A stretch of 64,000 nt of DNA from Prevotella sp. (GCA_031285625.1 JAITVV010000081.1:96001-160000); one strand, 5' to 3'. Positions 30,006 to 39,912 are shown, numbered from the stretch's first letter. Program-made: numbers and translations. Notes: a model not told the origin generated them from the sequence alone.

Positions 30006-30818
30006 TCAGTCAATATCAAGTATATTTCCGTTCTCAAAGGTATTAAAAGATATAATTCTGGAAAAATCTGATACAATTAATTCTTCATCAGAAGACATTA
30101 TATATTTTACAGGTACTTCTCCATAAAATGAAGCCCATTGTGAATAGGAGCTTGGAGGGCCTATAATATATTCACATCTTGATAAGGCATACAGATCTTT
30201 AGCACCTGATGAATCAGGAATTACAAAACAGTCCAAACCTTTAAAATTTTCCGGATTTATTTTCTCATTAGAACATATAAGAAACTTTACTCCGGTTCCT
30301 AATTGCTTTTGCAGAGCATACATTTGATACCGATACTCTTCATCAGTATAATAATATATGCCATCCAACCATTCCTTATAATCTCCTCTACGGATATGAA
30401 CGCCTATAATTATATTATCTTTTTCTGATGAGAATATCTTATCTACCGGACCGGTTATATCAGACTTAAAAGAAAATATACGGCGTAACTCTTCAGCCTG
30501 GTCAACTACCATTTCAGCATTTCCCAAGCGATTTGACCAACCTTCAATAAGATTAAGGTGAAAGAGCTTAGAAAAAATATTTGGCCGTCCATTCTGTATA
30601 TATCCACGGGATTTTATAGAAAGAAAGAATCGCTTAAGATGCTTTTTTGAAGAAAATCTTATAAGTTTATTCTTGTTCAGATTATCAAATACATCCGAAT
30701 ATTCAGTAAAATTTATGACTAAAACCTTTTCTTCATATTGAAGACCATATGCTATAGAAGGTAATAAAGACCATATTCTATTACATAATTGTCCTGGCGA
30801 GTCATAATTTATTATCAT
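30006..30818 (-). CDS. GT11-like alpha-1,2-fucosyltransferase
   Basis: N-terminal GQLCN, GVHIRRGDY, DLYALSRCEYIIGPPSSYSQWA. Confidence 0.75.
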   Translation of the reverse strand: MIINYDSPGQLCNRIWSLLPSIAYGLQYEEKVLVINFTEYSDVFDNLNKNKLIRFSSKKHLKRFFLSIKSRGYIQNGRPNIFSKLFHLNLIEGWSNRLGNAEMVVDQAEELRRIFSFKSDITGPVDKIFSSEKDNIIIGVHIRRGDYKEWLDGIYYYTDEEYRYQMYALQKQLGTGVKFLICSNEKINPENFKGLDCFVIPDSSGAKDLYALSRCEYIIGPPSSYSQWASFYGEVPVKYIMSSDEELIVSDFSRIISFNTFENGNILDID

Positions 30819-30870
30819 ATTAAATAGTGGAAGATGATATGCAAATGTAGATAATTTATAACAGAATCAA

Positions 30871-31974
30871 TTATACATTAAATCTAAAATGCATGATATC
30901 TCCATCCTGTACTATGTATTCTTTGCCTTCTACATTCATTTTTCCGGCTTCTTTTACAGCTGCCTCTGAACCCAGAGAGATAAAATCATTGTACTTAATT
31001 ACTTCTGCACGAATAAATCCTTTCTCAAAATCGGTATGTATCACACCTGCACATTGAGGAGCTTTCCATCCGGCATTGAATGTCCATGCACGTACTTCTT
31101 GAACACCTGCAGTAAAATAAGTTTGTAAACCTAGAAGCTTATATGCAGATTTGATCAAGCGAGCAACACCCGATTCAGTAAGTCCCAACTCTTCAAGAAA
31201 CATCTGGCGTTCTTCATATGACTCAAATTCTGCAATTTCAGATTCTATTTTAGCAGCTACCACTAAAATTTCAGCATCTTCATCTTTTACAGATTCACGA
31301 ACCTGCTCTACATATTTATTACCGGATACAGCACTAGCCTCATCCACATTACATACATAAAGCACAGGTTTATATGTTAATAAGTAAACTTCTTTTGCAA
31401 TTTTTTCATCCTCTTTATTGTCAAATTTAACAGTTCTGGCTGATTTGCCCTGTTCAAGTGCTTCTCTAAACTGTACTAATACATCATAAGCACGCTTTGC
31501 ATCTTTATCACCACCTGTTTTTGCTTGTTTTTCAACCTTTTGAATACGTGATTGTATTGTTTCCAGATCTTTCAATTGAAGCTCTATATCTATAATTTCT
31601 TTATCACGTACCGGATTAACACTACCATCAACATGGGTAATATTATCGTCATCAAAACATCTTAACACATGAAGAATAGCATCTGTTTCACGAATATTAG
31701 CAAGGAATTTATTTCCTAAGCCTTCACCCTTACTGGCACCTTTAACAAGGCCTGCAATATCTACTATTTCAACTGTAGTAGGTACAATACGATTCGGTTT
31801 AACTAATTCTGCAAGTTTATTTAACCTTTCGTCAGGAACAGTTATTACTCCAACATTAGGTTCTATAGTACAAAAAGGAAAGTTCGCCGATTGTGCCTTA
31901 GCGTTTGATAAACAGTTAAAAAGAGTAGACTTTCCTACATTTGGAAGTCCCACAATACCACATTGTAATGCCAT
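30871..31974 (-). CDS. ychF: redox-regulated ATPase YchF
   Basis: GIVGLPNVGKSTLFN, NFPFCTIEPN, DIAGLVKGAS, IHTDFEKGFIRAE. Confidence 0.98.
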   Translation of the reverse strand: MALQCGIVGLPNVGKSTLFNCLSNAKAQSANFPFCTIEPNVGVITVPDERLNKLAELVKPNRIVPTTVEIVDIAGLVKGASKGEGLGNKFLANIRETDAILHVLRCFDDDNITHVDGSVNPVRDKEIIDIELQLKDLETIQSRIQKVEKQAKTGGDKDAKRAYDVLVQFREALEQGKSARTVKFDNKEDEKIAKEVYLLTYKPVLYVCNVDEASAVSGNKYVEQVRESVKDEDAEILVVAAKIESEIAEFESYEERQMFLEELGLTESGVARLIKSAYKLLGLQTYFTAGVQEVRAWTFNAGWKAPQCAGVIHTDFEKGFIRAEVIKYNDFISLGSEAAVKEAGKMNVEGKEYIVQDGDIMHFRFNV

Positions 31975-32135
31975 TATTAAAGATATAATTAAATTATTGC
32001 CAGTTATTATATAACCGATATTTCGGATGCAAAGATAATGATTCTTTTAATAACTTTTTATCCCTCAAAAAATGCTTAATTAAGATTTATATTATTTTTT
32101 TTAACGATTTAGTAGGATATCTAGTAATTAATAAA

Positions 32136-32143
32136 TATATTTG
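32136..32143 (+). promoter_or_regulatory. Bacteroidetes sigma-A -7 element
   Basis: TATATTTG(C) matches TAnnTTTG; divergent from the ychF promoter (minus-strand TATCTTTGC at ~32029-32037). Confidence 0.6.
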
Positions 32144-32148
32144 CAGGC

Positions 32149-32745
32149 ACAGAACGACAAATAGTAGGAAATAAAAAGAAAAGTAAAAGATCAGGTTATG
32201 CTATCTTTTTTAGAAACAAAACAATACAAAACGCATTTTTCATTTGAAAAATTATCATTCCTGTTTATTTAAGAATTAGTTCTTAAACAGTTCCTTTTTG
32301 CATTGTTTTAAATATAAATTATACGAATCAGTTCTATTTATTATCCTTTACAAAACAAACAGAGTTACAGAACATTAAAATTATATTAAACAGGGGTACG
32401 CAGAACAATACCCATATTTTTTAAGAAAAAACAATAACACATTTTTCAGAACGTTATAAACTTAAATTTCGAGAGTAATAAATAGGACATTAATACTTCC
32501 TATCAATGAATGGTAATAATCTTTATGTTATAACCGAATAGTTGATAATCTCAAAAAAACAGATATAAAATGAGAATTGTGGCAACTGGATAAATTCCTA
32601 TCAGCCATACTATCTCTAATAAGATATAAGCGTTGCAAGTTGTGATCTTGACTTGTCTTTTGTCAATGAATAGTGGATATTTATAAAAAAAAGATTACAA
32701 CACCCCATAACCTCTTACTTGTGATAAGTAGGGGGTTATATATTT
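32149..32745 (+). ncRNA. candidate ~590-nt non-coding RNA (unassigned)
   Basis: Promoter element upstream, terminator-like hairpin at 32707-32739, no ORF of 60 aa or more, several short hairpins, 4x CAGAAC. Confidence 0.4.
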
Positions 32746-32746
32746 T
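32706..32746 (+). terminator. terminator-like hairpin
   Basis: ATAACCTCTTACTT-GTGAT-AAGTAGGGGGTTAT stem (G-U pairs favour the + strand), then TATTTT. Confidence 0.65.
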
Positions 32747-32798
32747 AAAATAAAAAGGCACCTGTATTGATGCCCCTCGAAATATTAATTAATTAGTT

Positions 32799-33488
32799 TT
32801 ATTTTACAACTTCATCTATAACAGACTTCGCAGTTTTTTCCATTACCATATATCCCTCAGCATTAGGATGTACTCCATCAGCACCATAGTTACCTAATAA
32901 AGCTCCGTTTTCATCCTTCAATACTGAAAAATAATCAATATAAGCAAATCCTTTAGCCTTAGCATAAGCTTCTATATTTGCATTCAAAGTAGTTATTTTA
33001 TCAACTACATTCGTTATTTCCTTTCTCCATCCATATTCTATTGCAGGAGTAACAGAAGATAAAATTACCTTGATTCCATTCGCGTCGGCTAATTCGGCCA
33101 TAGACTTTATATTATCGAGTGTAAAATCCGCATTATATTTTCCCGAGTTTTCTGCTATATCATTCGTACCTATATTGATAACTACAGCAACAGGTTTGAG
33201 ATTAACCACATCCTGACGAAAACGTGATAATAACTGAGGGCTTGTCTGACCACTGATACCACGTCCGATATAATTATTAGATTTGAAAAAATCAGGATGT
33301 ACATTTACCCATCCTTCAGTAATAGAATTACCTATAAATACTATCCTTTTCTCACCTTTTACAGGTGCAGGCAATGCAGCATTAGCTTCTGCATACCTAT
33401 CCAAACCAATCATTTTATTAAATTCCTGAGCTCTTGAAAACAAGCCGAAAAATGAAATAAAGGACATAATCAATACCAATTTTTTCAT
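32799..33488 (-). CDS. SGNH/GDSL hydrolase
   Basis: FIGNSITEGW, GISGQT, GTND, DGVHP. Confidence 0.92.
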   Translation of the reverse strand: MKKLVLIMSFISFFGLFSRAQEFNKMIGLDRYAEANAALPAPVKGEKRIVFIGNSITEGWVNVHPDFFKSNNYIGRGISGQTSPQLLSRFRQDVVNLKPVAVVINIGTNDIAENSGKYNADFTLDNIKSMAELADANGIKVILSSVTPAIEYGWRKEITNVVDKITTLNANIEAYAKAKGFAYIDYFSVLKDENGALLGNYGADGVHPNAEGYMVMEKTAKSVIDEVVK

Positions 33489-33507
33489 GAGTGTTAATCT
33501 TAATATT

Positions 33508-34029
33508 TTAAAAGTTAAACGAATATCCTACACTATAAAAAATATTATTACCATATGGTGAATAATCATCTTGTACCACATCGTACTGTATCATTGCTAT
33601 CATTCCCATAAAACGGAAACCACCACCTACAAGAACAGTAGGAATAAACTTTTCTTTTTTATCTTTACTTCCTCTGCCATATTCTACAGTTTGCCACATA
33701 CGGCTACCTTCCGGTTGAATACTTAATACAAGAAAATCAAGAGGATAAATACGACCAAACACATTCACACTTGCATAATGCCGGCTCCATTTATAATCAT
33801 ATTCCTTTTCCCTGAAATAATTATAGCCTAAACCTGCACCTGCTGTAAAATACTTTGAAAAATTATATCCTATTTGAGGAGAGATACCAATAGCAGTATA
33901 ATCGCCAAATTGCAGATTTAAATTACCTCCAAAAGTTAACCTGGAAGGATTAAAACCACTATATCCATATTGCGAATATGCAAAACCAGTAGTTAATATA
34001 AAAGACAAGAATAAAATTAATTTTTTCAT
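33508..34029 (-). CDS. outer-membrane beta-barrel-like protein
   Basis: Signal peptide, alternating aromatic/Gly strands, C-terminal YSVGYSFNF. Confidence 0.75.
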   Translation of the reverse strand: MKKLILFLSFILTTGFAYSQYGYSGFNPSRLTFGGNLNLQFGDYTAIGISPQIGYNFSKYFTAGAGLGYNYFREKEYDYKWSRHYASVNVFGRIYPLDFLVLSIQPEGSRMWQTVEYGRGSKDKKEKFIPTVLVGGGFRFMGMIAMIQYDVVQDDYSPYGNNIFYSVGYSFNF

Positions 34030-34030
34030 A

Positions 34031-34771
34031 TTATTCAGTTTTATCAGTTTGTTCTAAAATATCATTAATAGCCTTTTGTATCAAAGGTTCCATTATTACC
34101 TTATATCCTTCTTCATTCGGATGCAAACCATCCAAAGAATAGGCAGGTATCATTCCAAAGACTTCGTCACGCATAGGTGTATTATAATCTACATAGCAAA
34201 AGTTCTTCATAGTAGCATAAGCCTTTATTTTCTCATTAAGAGCATCTATTTTTTCTGGTACTTCTGTAATTGGTTCCCATCCATGCCCCTTGCAAGGTAA
34301 TACAGAAGTCAAGATCACTTTTATATCATTGGCATCGGCTAATTCGGCCATCGATTTTATATTATCCATGGTAAAAACAGGGTCATATTCTCCGGTTTTT
34401 TCTCCTATATCGTTTATACCTGCATTGATAACTACTATTTTAGGATGCAAATCAATTACATCATGACGAAAACGCAACAGCAATAAAGAACTTGTTTGCC
34501 CTCCTATTCCTCTGCACACATAGTTATTATCTACAAAGAACCTATAACGTACATGCACCCAGTTTTCAGTAATGGAATTACCTATAAATACCACTCTGTT
34601 TTCATCAAACTCAGGTGCTTTCAGTTGGCTGTTAGCCCATGCATAAGCATTTAGCCTGAATATATCTTTGTTTCTCCTGTTCTTATAATACTCATAACCC
34701 ACATGAGCAACAAGTACTACATTTAAGAATAGAGAAACAATAAAGACAGTATAAAATAATTTCTTTTTCAT
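34031..34771 (-). CDS. SGNH/GDSL hydrolase, membrane-anchored paralogue
   Basis: FIGNSITENW, GIGGQT, GIND, DGLHP; N-terminal TM (SLFLNVVL). Confidence 0.9.
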   Translation of the reverse strand: MKKKLFYTVFIVSLFLNVVLVAHVGYEYYKNRRNKDIFRLNAYAWANSQLKAPEFDENRVVFIGNSITENWVHVRYRFFVDNNYVCRGIGGQTSSLLLLRFRHDVIDLHPKIVVINAGINDIGEKTGEYDPVFTMDNIKSMAELADANDIKVILTSVLPCKGHGWEPITEVPEKIDALNEKIKAYATMKNFCYVDYNTPMRDEVFGMIPAYSLDGLHPNEEGYKVIMEPLIQKAINDILEQTDKTE

Positions 34772-34773
34772 AA

Positions 34774-35616
34774 TCAACAAGCAAAAGAAGCCATAGTAAT
34801 TGATACCAGCTTCACCAAATCATCATCCTCAGCATAAGAGGAAAGAAGCAACAACATTCTGTAATCTTCATACCAATCAGGAGAACTTACAATAAAATCT
34901 GGTTTACCATCGCCATCAAGATCACCAATCCAACATATCTTAGTCATTGTATCATTGAATTTTTTCATTTCTACAATACATTGAGTTTTATTACCAGAAG
35001 TGAGGTAAAGCTTATAATCTTTTACCTCATCATTATATTTATCTTTTTGTATAATTTTACCTTCAGCCGATAACTGATAGGAAATACTATTAAAGTTAAA
35101 ATTTTTCTTTTCTCTAACCTTTATTGTAAAATTACCCGGTATAGTATCTATAACCGCACTCCGGTTGTAATGTTTAAGTCCACGAAAAAGAAATAGAGAA
35201 TTTTCTTTAGTATTTAGTGTAGGTTCTATTTCATCAAATCCACACGGATTCTCAAATACGTTTACTTTTTCTATCCAGCATTTTTTCAGATTATAACCAT
35301 TTCCAGTTTTAAATAATCCTACAATAGTATCCATAATGTGAAATAACTCTCTGGAATATTCTGTATCATTATAACTCATATTCTGAAATACTTTTATACC
35401 TTCATATGAGAAGTTGTTGAAATACTTTTCATAAAAAGCAGTATATTCCTCATCATATTCTCCACTATCAGATGTAACTTGCAAAACAGTATCAACCATC
35501 GATTGAGCCTCATTGTTATCCTGATCCTTATTTTGTTTTACATTACATGAAACAAATAGAGAACAGATAAGAATAGGGAAAACATATTTAAGAATCAAAT
35601 TGATCTTATTAAACAT
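34774..35616 (-). CDS. hypothetical lipoprotein
   Basis: Lipobox FVSC; Ca-binding-like GDLDGDGKPD motif near the C-terminus. Confidence 0.7.
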   Translation of the reverse strand: MFNKINLILKYVFPILICSLFVSCNVKQNKDQDNNEAQSMVDTVLQVTSDSGEYDEEYTAFYEKYFNNFSYEGIKVFQNMSYNDTEYSRELFHIMDTIVGLFKTGNGYNLKKCWIEKVNVFENPCGFDEIEPTLNTKENSLFLFRGLKHYNRSAVIDTIPGNFTIKVREKKNFNFNSISYQLSAEGKIIQKDKYNDEVKDYKLYLTSGNKTQCIVEMKKFNDTMTKICWIGDLDGDGKPDFIVSSPDWYEDYRMLLLLSSYAEDDDLVKLVSITMASFAC

Positions 35617-36143
35617 TATATATATTATTAATTTTTAATTTAAACTTAACAAAAAATTATAGTGTTTGTAATAGGCTGTTAATTATGTTTATTCTTTTTT
35701 AAGGCAAAGCTTGGATATTATGTTATTAAATATTTGTTTATCTATAAATATGAGTTATTAAACGAAGTAAAATTAGACAAATTATTTATATAAAGAGTCT
35801 TATGGACTTTATTAAAATGATGTTAATAACTCTAGTCGTTAATAATAATTTTAGCGGAAGCCATCATTGATATGTTGAAAAGCCTTTGAAAAGCGAAATA
35901 ATAAAAGTTTGTGATTTTTAGTTGTTATTTGCGACTTATTTCATATATGTTCTTTTGATTCGGAAAACAATATAATTAGTTTGAAAAATATATTCACAGT
36001 TATCAACATCTTTTCAACATCTTTTTTAATAGTTGGAAAATAAGGGGATAAAATAATAGGTATTGTAATTCTTATTTAATTTAAGTAGCATATTCACAGA
36101 TAAATATATAATTTTGTTATTCATTTAATATAAAAAGTAAAAG
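35617..36143. other. candidate replication origin (oriC)
   Basis: Six 1-mismatch matches to TTWTNCACA (35821, 35873, 35990, 36000, 36011, 36090) in an AT-rich intergenic region between divergent gene runs. Confidence 0.6.
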
Positions 36144-37898
36144 ATGAAAGGTTTTCTTAAAAGTCTATTAGCCTCTATTTTAGGATGTTTTATTGTCCTT
36201 GGAGTTTTCTTTTTGATATTTTTCTTATCAATAATGGCAATGTCTATTAGCTCTACTGATAAGTATAGTTTGAAAGACAATACTGTTTTCACCCTTAAAC
36301 TTGAGGGCACGCTATCAGAAAGAGTTGAACCTAATTCACTTATGGATATATTGGGCCAGAATACCGATACTGAATTGGGACTTGATGATATTCTTTCTTC
36401 TATTAAAAAGGCAAAGGAGAATGATAAGATAAAAGGTATTTATATCAATGCGGGAGGTTTTTCTGCAGCTTCGGCATCGCTGAAAGAAATAAGAAATCAA
36501 TTGATTGATTTCAAAGAAAGTGGCAAATTTATAGTTGCGTATGGCGATGTGTATACACAAGGCTGTTACTATCTGTCTTCTGTTGCCGATAAAGTGATAA
36601 TGAATCCGCAGGGAAATCTTGATTTGCATGGTCTGTCTGCTTCTCCAACTTTCTATAAAGGTTTGTTGGATAAGATAGGTATAGAAATGCAGATATTCAA
36701 GGTAGGTACATTCAAATCAGCTGTTGAACCTTTCATGCTCGATAAAATGAGTGATGCCAACAGAGAGCAGGTTTCGGCTTATATAGGTGATGTTTGGTCC
36801 ACCATTACTTCCGAGATTTCGGAATCCAGGAAATTATCTGTAGAAAAAATTAACCTTGCTGCAGACTCTTTGCAAACTTTCAAAGAGGCAAAATATTCCT
36901 TACAGGATGGTTTTGTAGATACACTGATGTATGAAGCAGATGTTAAAGAATATTTGAAAACACTTGTTGGTGTTGAAAAAGCAAAAGATATAAATGTTGC
37001 TTCTGTAAAGAATATGACTTCTGTCGCTTTCGAAAATGAAAGCAAATCTAAAGATATTGTTGCTGTTTTATATGCTTATGGGTCGATAACAGATGGATCG
37101 GGTAAAGATGGCATTACTAGTAAAAGATATGTAAAAGAAATAGAAAAATTAAAAGATAATGATAAGGTAAAAGCAGTTGTTTTCCGTGTCAATTCGGGAG
37201 GAGGAAGTGCTTATGCTTCCGAACAGATCTGGAAAGCTATATCTGATCTTAAAGAGAAAAAACCGGTAGTAGTATCAATGGGAGATTATGCAGCATCGGG
37301 AGGATATTATATTTCTTGTAATGCTTCTAAGATTATAGCACAGCCTAATACATTGACCGGATCGATAGGTATCTTTGGTATGTTCCCTAATGTAGAAGGA
37401 TTGACAAAGAAAGTAGGACTTTCATTTGATAATGTGAAGACTAATAAATTTGCCGATTTTGGGGATGCTACCCGCCCTATGAGAGATGATGAAAAAGCTA
37501 TATTACAGAACTATATAGAACGTGGGTATGATTTGTTCTTAACCCGTTGTTCGGAAGGTCGCAATATTCCTAAAGATTCATTGGATCTTATAGCACAAGG
37601 CCGTGTATGGACAGGAAATCAGGCTTTAAAAATAGGATTGGTTGATGCTTTGGGAGATTTGGATACTGCTATAGAAGAAGCAGCCAAATTAGCTGAACTG
37701 AGTGATTATTCTTTACGTGATTTCCCTAAGAAACAAGATTTCTTTGAAAGTTTCTTCTCTAATCAGAAAGAAGAACTTACTACACGTGCGATGAAAGAAT
37801 ATCTTGGCAATGACTATCAATTATTCAAGACAATAAAAGAAATAAAAGAACAAGATTTTATACAAGCACGCATGCCTTATGATATAGATATCAGATAG
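36144..37898 (+). CDS. sppA: signal peptide peptidase SppA (67 kDa type)
   Basis: KVGTFKSAVEPF, RVNSGGGS, SMGDYAASGGY, TGSIGIFG, GRVWTG. Confidence 0.96.
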   Translation: MKGFLKSLLASILGCFIVLGVFFLIFFLSIMAMSISSTDKYSLKDNTVFTLKLEGTLSERVEPNSLMDILGQNTDTELGLDDILSSIKKAKENDKIKGIYINAGGFSAASASLKEIRNQLIDFKESGKFIVAYGDVYTQGCYYLSSVADKVIMNPQGNLDLHGLSASPTFYKGLLDKIGIEMQIFKVGTFKSAVEPFMLDKMSDANREQVSAYIGDVWSTITSEISESRKLSVEKINLAADSLQTFKEAKYSLQDGFVDTLMYEADVKEYLKTLVGVEKAKDINVASVKNMTSVAFENESKSKDIVAVLYAYGSITDGSGKDGITSKRYVKEIEKLKDNDKVKAVVFRVNSGGGSAYASEQIWKAISDLKEKKPVVVSMGDYAASGGYYISCNASKIIAQPNTLTGSIGIFGMFPNVEGLTKKVGLSFDNVKTNKFADFGDATRPMRDDEKAILQNYIERGYDLFLTRCSEGRNIPKDSLDLIAQGRVWTGNQALKIGLVDALGDLDTAIEEAAKLAELSDYSLRDFPKKQDFFESFFSNQKEELTTRAMKEYLGNDYQLFKTIKEIKEQDFIQARMPYDIDIR

Positions 37899-37900
37899 TC

Positions 37901-37986
37901 AATGTGCCAATTAGCAAATATGCCAATGTGTAAATAGCGCGAAGCGACGAAACCATTTGCTAATATGCTAATTCTCAAATTACTGA
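37901..37986. repeat. inverted arrays of degenerate 8-bp units
   Basis: AATGTGCC AATTAGCA AATATGCC AATGTGTA, central GCGAAGC, then ATTTGCTA ATATGCTA ATTCTCAA ATTACTGA. Confidence 0.7.
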
Positions 37987-37994
37987 TTAGATTA

Positions 37995-39092
37995 ATGATA
38001 AAACATCAGCCCGTACATATCAACAAGTGGTTGCTGCCATTTTCATGGTTGTACGGGATGATCGTATATTTCAGAAATAAATTTTTTGATTGGAGAATAT
38101 TGAAACAGGAAAAGTTTGATATTCCCATTATTTGTATAGGTAATATTACTGTAGGGGGAACCGGGAAAACTCCGCATACCGAATATCTTATACGCTTGTT
38201 GCAAAACAAATACAGGGTAGGGGTGCTGAGCAGAGGTTATAAACGGAAAACTAAAGGTTTTGTTTTGGCTACTGATGATACTACAAGTAAAGATATAGGT
38301 GATGAATCTTTTCAGATAAAAAATAAATTCCCCGGTGTAATTCTTGCAGTGGATGGAAACAGGCGGAGGGGCATTAATAAATTGTTAGCACTTGATAATC
38401 CTCCTGAAGTAATTTTATTGGATGATGCATTCCAGCATCGGTATGTAAAACCTTCGTACACAATTATACTGTCGGATTTTAACCGCCCTGTTTATGAAGA
38501 TACTCTGCTTCCTGCCGGACGATTAAGAGAGCCTTTTTCACAGATCAGCGAGGCAAATATGATTATTGTAACCAAATGTCCTGAATTGCAACCTATCGAT
38601 TATCGTATCATATCACATGATATAAATGCTTTTCCTTATCAGGGATTATATTTTACATCTCTCGATTATAAGGGACTGCAACCTGTATTTTCGGAAAGTA
38701 ATGCAGGTAAAACACTATCCGAACTTAAGAATAAGCATATTCTCCTGGCTACGGGTATTGCTTCCCCTGAAATGATAATAAAGAAATTATCTGAATTCAC
38801 TGATAAAATGGATACTATTACTTATCCTGATCATTATACATTTAAAGAAAAAGATATAAAGCATATTACAAGTAAGTTTAATGAAATAAGCTCGGATGAT
38901 AAGATCATTTTGGTAACAGAAAAAGATGCTGCCCGACTGATTATAAGGACAGACATAAGTGATGAAATAAAGAAGTATTTATATTACCTTCCTATCGAGG
39001 TGGTATTTATGGATAAGGAAGATGATTTTAAAGATAAAATAATAAAACATGTTAGAGAAAATACAAGAAACCGCAGCATTCATAAAAAATAA
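37995..39092 (+). CDS. lpxK: tetraacyldisaccharide 4'-kinase
   Basis: IGNITVGGTGKTP, LSRGY, LDDAFQH, LPAGRLRE, TEKD. Confidence 0.96.
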   Translation: MIKHQPVHINKWLLPFSWLYGMIVYFRNKFFDWRILKQEKFDIPIICIGNITVGGTGKTPHTEYLIRLLQNKYRVGVLSRGYKRKTKGFVLATDDTTSKDIGDESFQIKNKFPGVILAVDGNRRRGINKLLALDNPPEVILLDDAFQHRYVKPSYTIILSDFNRPVYEDTLLPAGRLREPFSQISEANMIIVTKCPELQPIDYRIISHDINAFPYQGLYFTSLDYKGLQPVFSESNAGKTLSELKNKHILLATGIASPEMIIKKLSEFTDKMDTITYPDHYTFKEKDIKHITSKFNEISSDDKIILVTEKDAARLIIRTDISDEIKKYLYYLPIEVVFMDKEDDFKDKIIKHVRENTRNRSIHKK

Positions 39093-39864
39093 AGTGGAGA
39101 ATATACCCAATATAGCTATTATACTGGGAACAGGTTTAGGAGAACTGGTACACGAAATAAGTAATAAGAAAGAATTACCTTACGAAGGTATTCCCAATTT
39201 TCCTTTGTCTACAGTAGAAGGCCATAGTGGAAAGCTTATTTTTGGAGAGCTGGGGGGAAAACCTGTTTTAGCTATGCAGGGCCGTTTTCATTATTATGAA
39301 GGCTATACTATGAAGGAGGTGACTTTCCCTATACGTGTTTTTCAGGCTTTAGGCATTCAATATTTGTTTGTATCTAATGCATCGGGAGGCATGAATGGAA
39401 GCTTCGACATAGGTGATATTATGCTTATCGATGATCACATCAATATGTTTCCCGAACATCCGTTACATGGGAAAAATTATAAAGAATTAGGCACTCGTTT
39501 TCCGGATATGAGTGAGGCATATAATAAAGAACTTCGCCTGATGGCTATGGAAATAGCTAAAGAGAACAATATAAAACTTCAACATGGCGTTTATGTAGGT
39601 ACACAGGGACCAACATTCGAAACGCCTGCCGAATACAACTGGTTTAGAATCATTGGTGGTGATGCCGTGGGTATGTCTACAGTGCCGGAGGTGATAGTAG
39701 CCAATCATGCCGGAATGAAGGTGTTGGCATTCTCTATAATTACAGATATAGGCATCATTGGTAAAATAGTTGAGGTGACTCACGAAGATGTACAGGAAGC
39801 AGCTAAAATAGCTCAACCAAAGATGGCTTATATCATGCAGGAAATTATAAAACGAATAAATTGA
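39049..39864 (+). CDS. punA: purine nucleoside phosphorylase (trimeric type)
   Basis: ILGTGLG, STVEGH, QGRFHYYEG, GPTFETPAE, VGMSTVPE. Confidence 0.92.
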   Translation: MLEKIQETAAFIKNKVENIPNIAIILGTGLGELVHEISNKKELPYEGIPNFPLSTVEGHSGKLIFGELGGKPVLAMQGRFHYYEGYTMKEVTFPIRVFQALGIQYLFVSNASGGMNGSFDIGDIMLIDDHINMFPEHPLHGKNYKELGTRFPDMSEAYNKELRLMAMEIAKENNIKLQHGVYVGTQGPTFETPAEYNWFRIIGGDAVGMSTVPEVIVANHAGMKVLAFSIITDIGIIGKIVEVTHEDVQEAAKIAQPKMAYIMQEIIKRIN

Positions 39865-39912
39865 TATTGAACATATATTTTTAACAAACACTTAATATAA
39901 AGTTTACAAATT

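Noticed and set aside
31975-32798. Alternative oriC or CRISPR array in the long ychF intergenic region
   Set aside because: Only scattered DnaA-like boxes with 2 or more mismatches were noticed, and no regularly spaced 25-45 bp direct repeats.
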